From: Lytechinus pictus
Lineage: Eukaryota
Direction of reading: 5' to 3'
DNA: 64,000 nt
Assembly (NCBI RefSeq): GCF_037042905.1
Contig: NC_087245.1
Span: 34,598,001 to 34,662,000 of the forward strand
Shown here: positions 29,801 through 41,800 of the stretch, piece by piece
How the letters are laid out: each line of letters begins with the position of its first letter
Numbering within the stretch: the stretch's first letter is position 1
Position numbers and translations under genes: made by a program
Notes under the pieces: generated by a model
The model's input: only the letters and a program-made list of their open reading frames with translations
Told to the model about the DNA's origin: nothing
The model's database searches: none

Positions 29801-32800
29801 TTAAACACTACTTATGAATGGGCGGTTAGGGAAGAAAGGGGGGTCCCAAAAATTTGCTTAATTTTCATATTTTATCTTCACATCCAGGAAATGGTATCCC
29901 TGAAATTTAATGTTTTGATTTTAATAATACAGAACATGTAGGAAATCATCAATAAAGTGGGGTATATTCCCTTCTGTCTTCACACTAAAAGATTGATTTG
30001 AGTTGATGTTGCGCAGTCAATAGATGTACATGTACTACCATCATATGTTACATGTGGGACTTGAAAATAAATGCCATATTCTTACAAAGCAAAATACAAT
30101 GTTTTCCTTAAATTTCTTATAGACTTTTGAAAATATGAAATGCCAGTGCCCAAGCCGAGAATAAGATTTTTAATCATTTATTACAAACTTATTTATATGC
30201 ATCAATCAGTACAGAGTCTTTTATAGGCAAGTCAATGAACTTTTGCTTGAGTGCCCTCTGCATCACCTTGAATGACTTCAATGTGATACCATTTTTTTTC
30301 AAGTCTGAAACATTTTTTAATTCATAAATTTTCACTTCTATTTTAGATACCGTAGGAATGATATTTTAGAAAATATTCTCCATATATCTATTTCCACTGA
30401 ATAAAAGCATCCTGTCAATTCATCAGACTCTTCCTTCCTATTTCCTTCCGAAAGTTCTGATGTTCTCATTTCCTACAATTTCACACTTAAAAAAAGAAAA
30501 TGATGCCTCTTTTTGATCAATAAATAATTTTTAATCAGTCATGACAAGGTGTTCTGAGACTAGTATCTACAGTACATGTATGTATGACACACCTCAATTT
30601 ATATTTGTTGCCTTTTTTTTTTATAGTTAGTCACTTAAGGCTAATAACATTCATGCTTTAATGTAAAGATTTACCATGGAGGTGGATTTACTATTGACTA
30701 GTGATACAGTGCATGTCTACAATGTACCTGTCATCCATCTTCGGAAGCAAAATTGTCCAATTTGACCTAAGACAAAGCTAATTCATCCCTTAAAATGCAG
30801 TTATAAGGCAAAATGTAATTTATTCAACTGACCTTTTTACTCCATAGCCTACACAGTTGCTTAAAATTTTATCATAAATGGGCATTAGTAGCTCATGGGC
30901 ATTAGTAGCTTATTTGCCATTGACCACATGGATATAATTTCATTCATGCTGAGAAGCTTCTCAAGAAACTGAGAGCCATTTCCTCTTGTTTCATTACGCT
31001 TTTCTATTCTTTCGTTGGCACATATGTTTGCTGTTTGTCTTCCCCGTTCATACAAGAATTGGCTCTCAGCCTGTATTTCACATTATATTTGTATGTGCTC
31101 ACTGAAAATAAGAGTAATTATGTGAGTGTGATGACTTGTGCCAATGTTTGCTTCAATAGAAATCTTTCTACCACTCTACAAGGGCGGGGAGGGGGGGGGG
31201 GGAGGAGGCTGATGATGCAGAAAATAACAATCACACGGTCTTTTTTACATTTTTTGGGGAAATGTTTATTGGAAAAAGTGGAGGAGGTAGGGGCAGGGAA
31301 TGGGTACTTATCATGGGAGGGGTTTGTTGTGAGGTATAAAGTGCAATGAGTATTCCCATTTCAAAAGTCACCGTCACCTCCCCCAACAAGCAAGCAAGTT
31401 GATCTGATTGATGATGACACCTGAATGTAGAAGCACCCTGGATTTGTACCTATCTGCCCCAGTTATCCCTTGCTGTCCAAATTTTCTGCTAAATTTTCAG
31501 ACGAAAGTGCAACAAATCACAAAATATGCACCGAGTTGGAAGATGTTGCGGATTTTACTTCGAGAAGCGGGGATTAGTTTGTGAAGGAATGTTGTTCGTG
31601 ACTCGCGTGAGAAATGACCCAACTTGTTCCTTCACCATCAAGATTCATTCAAGATTATGATGTGTAGGTTGGCATGACAGCATGTTATCTGAAAATAAAA
31701 AGATATTCTTTTTAAAGACAAATATATTAGTTGATGAATTTTGGGTTTTCATTCCCAACTTGTTTTTCTTCCCACCTTCATAGCAATGAGAATTCAAGGA
31801 AAGCAAAAAGGATGATGGCATGATCGGGATTTGCAGTTTAATCTTATTTCTGGCATATGCAGAATATGCCAAGGTGATGAATTTGTTATCTGAGATAGAA
31901 ATCATCCTGTGTAAGATATTCAATCAAGAAATCAGTTTGATGTTTAAAGATTGAATCTCGACAGGTGACTTTATCTGTGAAAGAAATCTACATGAATGAA
32001 AATATTCAATCAAGAATTTAAATTGAATTCAGAGACTTGCCAAGGACTATGATTGTTCAAAAATGAATCTTCTTTCAAGGATATTTTGTTCTCAAAAGTA
32101 TTGTTCATTTTTTCTGCTTCATCCATAAGAAAGTTTGTTGGTACATACATGTACATACTTTCGATTCAGTCATGTGGGAGACAACCATGTGGTAAATATT
32201 AGGGAGCTTCATCATGGATGGTCATGTTTTTTTACCTGATTGTTATTAAAAAAATCATGAATGGTTGTAAGCAAGCAGAGCAAAGGAACTCTAATATGCT
32301 TTTCACACTGCATTTCCTTAACCCCATACTATCCTTAACCCCGGACTATCCTTAACCCCATACAATTTTTTTGGGGATTCACACTGTCTTCTGCTTAGCC
32401 GGGGTTAACGCCTTAACCCCAGACTATCACACAGCTATGATTTTACCATACAGAGCGTGATTAATGTGCAATTTCAACTTCTGTGATTGGCTATTTGCTT
32501 AGTCCCACTTTTCCCTAGCCCAGTTTTGTTTCACACTGCATCTCTTAGCACCCCAATTGTGGTGCTAGCACCACAATAAGCCGGCTAACCCTGCTTTTTT
32601 GCAGGGCCAGATAGTACCGTGCTAGCCCACTTTGCTAAAACGTAATGTGAAAACAAAGTGGGCTAAGCTATTAACCCCGGGAAACTGGTGGGGCTAAGAC
32701 CCCCCTTAGCGCCACCAATTTCCAGGGGTTTAAAAATGTGCAGTGTGAAAACTGAAATGCATATTAGGTACCTAGTATTGAGGGTACACTCTTAAGGAAA

Positions 32801-35800
32801 AAAAGGTGCTAATTTGAACCATTTTGTCCTTTACGATTTGGAACCCTTGATAAAATGGGTTCCAGAAAATGTTCTTTTTGTGCTCAAGAACCTTAAATAG
32901 CTTTATAAAGAAACTAAAAAGGTTACAAAGTGGCTGTTTAATACCGCTTTCAGTAACTCGCTGGTCCAGGCCCGGGCTGAGGCGTAAAATTTTGAGTTTA
33001 TGAATGTTGTGGGCTTTAGTCCTACCATCATCAGCACCAGACCAGCACCATTGTTTAAGTAACGGTAGCGTAAAATTTAGGGCGGCTCTGCTACAGTTAC
33101 TGGTGCGGACCAAAAAATCATGAGCTACTGAAAACGCTGTAAGGTATTTTGAAACCTTTTAGGGACCCTTTAAAGGTTCCAAATACGTTTACAAGCTTAG
33201 AACCTGAACCTTTTTTTTTCAAAGAGGGTATAGGAACCTTTTTTTCAAAGAGGGTATTGTGAGGATATACAGTGTTGCTAAAAAGTTGTGAACCCCACCA
33301 AAATATGCACTCCTTCATGCAGAGTGTTGAATAAAGACTGCAATACTACAACGTCTGGTGAGACCAGAGAAACAAACTTTATTGAATATAATATTCAATC
33401 ACCTGAATTCACATTCAAATATCTTAATACATGGCAGAACCTGAACACTTTTAATTATGTTCATTTTCTATTGGGGTTCACTAACTTTTGAGCACCACTG
33501 TATGCCTTGCCAAAGGACACTAGTGCGCCAAAAGGGAATCAAACCCTGGTCACTGGAATCCATTACCCCTGCTCTACCGACCAAGCTCTCATGCCTCCTT
33601 TATTAAAGGACAAGTCCACCCCAGCAAAAAGTTTATTTGAAATAAAAAGAAAAAAACAAGCGCAACACTGAAAGTTTCATCAAAATCGGATGTAAATTAA
33701 AAAAAGTTATGACTTTTTTTAGTTTCACTATGCACATCCTGGTAGATACATTTATGCAAATGAGGGGACTGATGACATCATCCACTCACTATTTCTTTTG
33801 CATTTTGTTTAATATATGAAATGTGAAATATTTTAATTTTCTCCCCATTGTTCCTGAACAATGTGGAGTTGCATTGATTTGACATTTAACGGTTCCATCA
33901 TGTTGGTCTTTATTGTCAAGTCTGTAAAAAATGAAATATTGTATAATTCAAACAATAAGAAACAGAAGAAATAGTGAGTGAAGGACATCATCGACTCTCT
34001 CTTTTGCATATCACTGAGGTGTGCATATAACTGTTTTTCTGAAAAAATAAGTGAAACTTCAAAATGTCATAACTTTCATTATTTTACACCCGATTTTGAT
34101 GAAATTTTCAGCATTAAACTCATTTGATTTTTTTCTATTGATTCAAATCAACATTTTTCTGGGGTGGACTTGACCTTTAGCCATGGAGCTACTAGTCTGA
34201 CTGGTAGCTCCAAAACATGCTCCATATTTTTAACTCTTGCAGACAGTCATAAATTCATTCTCAAACCTGGATGACAAACCCATTTCCAAGTTGAGCACAG
34301 GCTTGGCTAACCTCGTTAAATTCATGCGCATGAGGCAACAGCGTAGGATCCAAATCTTATTATATAAGAACTTTGGTATACGGGAATGGACTGTCGGCTC
34401 TTTAGGGCTTCTAACCCACAGGCTCGGAGTTTAAAGTGAGATGCAAGAAGAATCGACCAATTATGTGTTTTGTTCCGGTTATGAATTTCTCACCGAATCA
34501 GACAAAGTGTTACTTTAGAGTGACCTTGATCAAAGCTAAATGACATGTGCCAAAGTGTTTTGCTGGAAATAATTGCTGCGTAATGAGCAAACAAGAGGAA
34601 ATTGTTCTGGATGTGGTAGAACATTGTACTGAAAAATCCATTGTGCAACGGAGTCATGCATAAAGATGTATGCATTTTTGTCAAATTAATTATTGATGGC
34701 TTTGAAAGTATATCTATTTCTTCATATATATCTTTATTTCAATGTTTTGGAAGATGGAAAGAGTTTTTGTCAGCTTTATAGAGATTTTATCAAATTCTTT
34801 CCTCATTTTTAGAGGAACATTAAACAGTTCGTCCATGGATTTCTGGATTTCTCTTCAGATGTAAATTACAAAAACTTATCCTTCCAAGCGGCGTGACGTG
34901 TTTCGTGGGAAATTTGAAACCGCAGCGTACCTGTAGACAAACTACATACAGTGTGTGTGTGTGTGGAGTAGCGCGCCAAATGTGCGAAAGATCGTTTCGC
35001 TGAGAACAGTTTGTGTCCTCACCTACGCTTAAACTAATAACAAGGCAAAGCGGTCTTAATGAAAATGGAGATGTTTTTCCAAACTGGTTTGGAACATTGT
35101 TTCCAAGACCGCTTTTAGCGTTCCCGTGACACTTTAAACTAGTTTTAGGACTAAAGAGAACAGGGTTTAAAGGACGAGTCCACCCCAACAAAAAGTGGAT
35201 TTGAATAAAAAGAGAATAATACAACGAGCATAACATTGAAAATGTCATCAAAATCGGATGTAAAATAAGAAAGTTATGACATTTCAAAGTTTCACTTAAT
35301 TTTGCAAGACAGTTGTGCACATTCTGGTCGGTATGCAAATGAGGAGACTGATGATGTCATCCACTCACTATTTCGTTTGTACTTTATTATATGAAATTTG
35401 AAATATTCTAATTTCCTCAATGTCAAGTTAGACAACGATTAATTCCTCTTGAACATGTGGAATTAGAACTGTTTATTAAACTATATGGTTCAGTCAAGTT
35501 GCTCCTAACTGTCAAATCTGTAAAATATTGTATAATTCAAACAAAAAACAAAAGTAATAGTGAATGAGAGACATCATCGACCATCTCATTTGCATGTCAC
35601 TGAGTTGTGCATATCACTGTTTTGTGAAAAATAAGCAAAAATTTAAAATATCATAACTTTCTTACTTTACATCCGCTTTTGATGAAATTTTCAGCGTTGT
35701 GCTAGTTTGATTTTTCTCTATTTATTCAAATTAACATTTTTCTGGGGTGGACTTGACCAAAAGTGCTCAGGTTGTTTTGCGGAGCTGCATGTACGTGTAG

Positions 35801-38800
35801 CGATTTTGAATTGTGTGCTTCATCTGCTTCTCACACCACATTGCGCATGCTCATTTTTGAATACTTACTCTGAAAGGATCTGATTAGGCGGTGCTGCACC
35901 ATCCCGAGTTTGCTCAATCTCAAGATTTTAGCCTGATCGGCCCTCTTTGCGATTAATCTCGAGATTCAAGAAACACCGTCTCCACCATGGCAAGAAGAGC
36001 GATTCCTGCTCGAGCGAGGCTTCGATGCATTATGGTCTGACGCTGTTAATAAATAATCCCGAGTGCGTCTGCATCTGCGAATTAGCTGGATAATTCGTAA
36101 AATACGGTCCTATTTTGCGAACAATCCCAAGTTGACTTGGGATTGCAATCTCAAGATTAATCCTACGAACTAGCGCGTTAGTTGCGTCTCCATTACAAAT
36201 AATCTCGAGATTGTTCAGATCTGGATAATTTGCCAGATCAGAAATAGCGCGCTAATTTGAAAACTCAGGCTGGTGCAGACGGCCCTATTCAGGTGGATTT
36301 GAATGCAATAAATACTATATCAGGTACTTTGAGGCCAGAACAAGTCAACTGGATCGAGCCCACAACGCGTGATGGATGTGTCTGTAATTTCATTAGTGCT
36401 GGTACTCATGGTGTACATAGACTCATATTCCACGTTTAGGCCATGTGCCAGCAAGATTTCCCCTTTTTTCAGTTCGAGCTAATTTAATTTCTCAAGTTAA
36501 ATTGAATCTGATTTATGATCCAGCTATAACTATTTTTGGTGCAGGAAAAAAAAAAACTCAAGTTCACTAATCTTTTGAATTTAGTACCTGCTTGAGCTCA
36601 TAACTTTATTTGGTATATATCACATAATTATAGCAAATAAGAGTTGAATATATGCAATTTGGTATTTTCTATTTAGAGCCATTCTACATTATGAAAGCTC
36701 ATTTAATTATCAATTGAGATAGAAATCAATCATGATATAACATTTCTTTGATAGATTTTTAAAAAACCAAAATGCCTTGTAAAAGAGCCAAGATTATACA
36801 TTGAACATACAAGACATAGGATATGAATTTTGAGCTGCATATTGTGTAGTAAATTATATTTTTCTTTCATAAATGGGTACTTCAGGCTGAAATGATGATT
36901 TTAATTTTGAAAAAAAAAAGGAAGAAGAGAAACGTTGATGGATTCAATAAAAATTGATAAAATATGAAGGTAGTTACGGCCATTTCCTTTATTGTGCTAA
37001 GACAGTTCTGTGCATGTCATCATGATATATGCATTAAGCATGCTAATGGTGTCATCTGCCCACCTTTATTTTTGTGTTTTACGATATGAACTTCATATGA
37101 AAACGAAAGTAAGCTAAATATAAAGTGATCACAATAGTATACTTATTTAAAACCTACAATGTGTTGCCCAAATTGTCTAAGTGTTTTTTTTTTTTTTTTT
37201 TTTTTCCCACAACATATGTATCATTATTTTCTTTTTTTTTGCAACGTATACAAATATTTATGTTTATATATGGTATACAATTCATGTATGTACAATTGAT
37301 GGAAGTGAAATAAATAAATTTGAATTTGAATTTGAATTTGAATCACATTTTTCTGCTTAAAATGAAAAAAAGTAAAATGTAAATTAACAAATGACATTTC
37401 AACGATTTCATTCAATTAATAAGAGAAAGGAAAGAATTGATATGTCATCATTTCATTCATTTTATCGTTCATTTTATTTCATCAATCAGTGACATTTGGT
37501 GTTTATTTCCTATTTGGTTTTAAGCTTCTGCACCTGTGGCTACTGGATAATATAACTACTGTCCCGATGCATGACAGATGTGATTTAAATCATTTTGATA
37601 TAATATTTTCATCCTATTTTCCAGGCCGTGACTTTGTTGCTTCATTGATATTCAAAACTAGCCATTCTGAGCAAGCAGAGGCCGCAAATAAATTTGATTT
37701 ATGATATTTGGAGATGGCTCGGTATTGCCAAGCATCCATACCCCCCAATTGCCATTCAGAATTCATTAGACCATTATTTATGAATTTAGTATGAGTTCAA
37801 GCAAAATAGATATGGAATGTGCACACGTCTTTGCAAAATCAGACAATGAACCACCGCATGCTAGTACAGTATGGATATCTGGATAAGTTCCTCCTTGAAT
37901 GACGGGGAAAGTCCTTATTTTGTTCCAAAAATAAGGTAAAGCTTGAGAAAACATCAACATTTTCCAATATATATTCACTTGGATCAATAAGTCTGGGTGA
38001 TATATTGCTTTTCTCATTGAATGTTCATCAGTCTCTAACTTACAAATAAAATATCTATTATAGGCCTACTAGTTGTCAAATGCATTTGTTAAAATTTACA
38101 ACATGTGTACTATATTTTGAAAGTAGAAAATAACTGTCATAAACAAGTTAAATATTCATGGGCGGCTGGGCCTGTAGCAATGTTTTGTTTTTCTTCATAC
38201 ACATTCTTTTTTTTTATATAGCTTGTTTCGCAACGAGTTTACTCCTGCAGTCCTGCTCCAGTATAAATGTATTCAAATAAAAATGACAAAACTCTATCTT
38301 CTGCAGGCATTGCCATTTTTGTCAAAAAAAAGGAGAAATGGGGCTTTGTTGAAGTATTATTTTTTTTTTTACTGGTGATCGAAAGTGGAAATGGTAGTGT
38401 GCGGGGATGATGGGTATGTTTATACATGACATGGTATCCGTGACATGTCATCCACCTGACTAAATCCTATATCCTTTCCTTTTTCTTGTGGATCTGACTG
38501 GAGTCAACTTGGAATGTCAATGCCTGCAATATATCATCCACAATAAACCTTGGCAGTGTTTTGAAGCTCGCAACAGGCAGGATGTTTTCTTCTACATGAT
38601 ATGTTGATATATGTGAAAGTCAAGAAGACGGGCGGATCAGACAGAGGGTTGGGTGAAAAGTATTTGAGAATTCCAGAAGAATTCTTGCAATGAATTTACA
38701 CAGGAGTGATGCCTGGCCTCTGTATGTAACTATAAGACAGAGAATGGATGGAATTCTTGGTAAATTGGAAATCGCCATGTGACGGTTCGCATGAATTTTT

Positions 38801-41800
38801 TAAGGGAAAAATCAGGGATCGTAACCATTCTTTGATCAACCGTTGAAACATTAGTAGTCCAAAATAACAATATCAATATATGTTCCTAGCTTTCATAAAT
38901 TTTTATGACAGACCATGATGATGAATATGTCAATGCTGCATCAATCTGTGGTAGTCAAAATATCAATTTTGAGACTTTTACAGAAAATCAAATTGAAAGC
39001 CCTACACTATAGCCGTATGGAAAAAATTATGTTTTGTGATTTTGTTTCCGAGGTATGGAATGATTTCAATGCAAGGACTCAAATATTGTGCAAATTTGTG
39101 CAAATATTGTACATAAAAAAAGCTTTGAACAAGTGCGGCTGAATGTATTCATATAAAGCTGTGCTATACAAATATGTTTATTATTGTTATTAGTAAAATT
39201 GCTTGAAAATATGTATTGTAGTAAAGCCATGCAACAACTGTGTAGGGTATAATAATTGATATACAAATTTGTGGTCAACCTGCCCTGCATTGAGTTTAAG
39301 ATTCAGTGATATGACGGTTCATAATGCACAAATTGAAAGTGCGGTCAGTTGTACATGTATATAGATATTCCAATTTAGCTTTTTGATAAGCTGCTGGCAG
39401 GATTATTCCTACTATAGAAGCAAAACAATTGCAGAATTTTTAAAAAGAAACAGTGGAACTGGAATAAAAATGTATTGTGTACTTTCATGTTGTGATATGA
39501 CCCCCAAATTAGATGGAAAAAAAGTATTATTATTAGGACTTCATCTCTAAACCATGCTATACCGCTTTTATTTTCACTCCAGGTATGATTATCAAGTCCT
39601 ACTGCATAACTCCACCTTCTGCCTGGTCCCACGAGGGCGCCGTCTTGGGTCGTTCCGTTTCTTGGAATCCCTGCAAGCTGCCTGTGTTCCTATGCTACTT
39701 AGCAACGGTTGGGAGCTACCATTCTCAGAGGTTATAGACTGGAGTAAAGCTGTTGTCTTTGGTGATGAGAGACTTCTACTTCAGGTAATAACGACATTTG
39801 TTGTTGTGTGATTCCACAACATTTTCTCCAGCGACAGTTGCTCCGCTCAGCGCTGTACATTCCACCCACAAATCAAATGACTATCTCTAACCCTAGATTT
39901 AATATTATACTCTACCCTAAACCTAACATAAAACCCTATGGCCCATATTCTGAACTCCAGTTTAAATTAAACCCTGGTTTAAAGTTGTGGTTTAACTATG
40001 GAGAGCCACTTTGGGCACAAATCCCTAACAGCACAGATCCAATTTATTAACTCATTTGACACTCAAATTGTCTGTGAATGATAAATGAAGTATTTTTAAG
40101 TACTTTTCTTCATTATGAAAGCAACAACAAACAAAATGGTAAACATAAGAGATGTAGAATGCAAGCAGAATTGTTTAATTTTTGGCTCCTCATAATTTTA
40201 GCACAGAGTTAGACCGTGGTCTAAGTTTAACCTGATTTCAGAATACGGGCCAACATCTTAAGATGAAATAAAGCCCGTAGCAATAGACCAGTTCGTAGTT
40301 ACTTCTGGGACAATTTTGGTCAAATGACCTTTCATTTCTTTCATTAAGATAGGTAGATTTCAAAGCAAGATATTACGTATGCATGCCTTACATAGCGGGA
40401 TGAAGAAATTGAATAGAACAGGTGACTAGAATAGCACATCAATGAACACTATGAAGTTATTTGTTGCATTTCTACTTTGAATGCATATTAGAGGATGTTG
40501 TACAATGTACTTGGCAAACTGTGAAATATACCAGTCATTTGTGGACGCATTTTTGTGTGGATGTGAATGAAAAACACAATTCAAAAGAATATATGAATAA
40601 TCAAGACATCGAATTTGGTGCTTATCTCATTAAATTTTAAACCACCATGTCACTTTAGTACAAATGACCTTCCTCTGATCATGCGCAGAGTGGAACTACA
40701 AACTGGCTTATTGTTGTAAGAGCAAGTGTTGTGTCACCTGTTGATTTGTTCCCCATCTACATGTATCTATACCTATTTCAGACAATGAAATATGGATTTT
40801 CATTTTTTTTTTCATATACGGCAGTTACAAATTAGCGTACATAGTGTTATTTATTTCTGTACAACTAATATGCAGCAGTCCTGGCACTACATGTCAAATT
40901 CAAAGCCAGCAAGAATTTCTGTTGTCCAAGAAAGACCAGAAAAATGGTCCTTACTGTATGATCAGGTGGTGTATATGGAAAGGTACCCTTACAGGTTTTG
41001 ATCAAGAAACTTATAAAGGGAAAACTAACCTATGGTTTTCCTTACAGGTGGTCGCTTCGTAGTAGGGTCCATACTGCGTGCAATTCTGTTTTGAAAAATA
41101 TGGCATTTATACTCATCTTGCTTGAATTGTTTACAAAATTATATTTTGTCCAGGTTCCGTCCATTGTAAGGTCCATCACTGCCGAGCAGATCCTGTTGCT
41201 GAGGCAACAGACTCAGTTCCTTTGGACCCGCTATTTCTCATCAACGGAGAAGATAGTCCATACTACATTAGAGGTGAGTCCGTCTTCTCTGATGACACAG
41301 TCACACAGACATCACACAGACAACACCTGACTCTAAACGGACCAATGTAATGTCATTGGAAATAATGCAATAGCTGTGGTTGGTTTGTCAGATGGTTTCG
41401 TTGGTGTGACTTTAGTGTTAGGCCAACATCTTCCTTACTTTAACTTATAGACCAACACTCCTTTTTATATAGGCTGGTCCAATCCTGATCGCTTGAAATC
41501 ACTTGGAACAAATTGGCTGGACGGGATGGTACATGACTGGGCTATTCAGGGCTGGGTCAGCCTAACTTGAAGGACTTGGGATTCCTGACTTTTGGTGTAA
41601 AATGAAGTGTGCAGTCCAGATATTGGTTGTGACAGACCAACATTTGGTGGCAATGTGAAATACTGCAGTGGGCGGAAATTTAGTAGTGGGGAAAAGTACG
41701 TCTAGGATGTATAGGCCTTCACGTAGGGCCAACAACCTAAAACGATATGTTTGATGTTATAGTCACAGTTTTCAGATCACAATATAGGCATAGGCATACA

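Larger units (their letters stand above)
39810..40738. mobile_element. MULE-like family L copy interrupted by two nested MITEs
   Basis: Left end gattccacaacattttctccagcgac, middle piece 40253-40284, right end agcaagtgttgtgtcacc; pieces are colinear with the 46571 copy. Confidence 0.7.
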
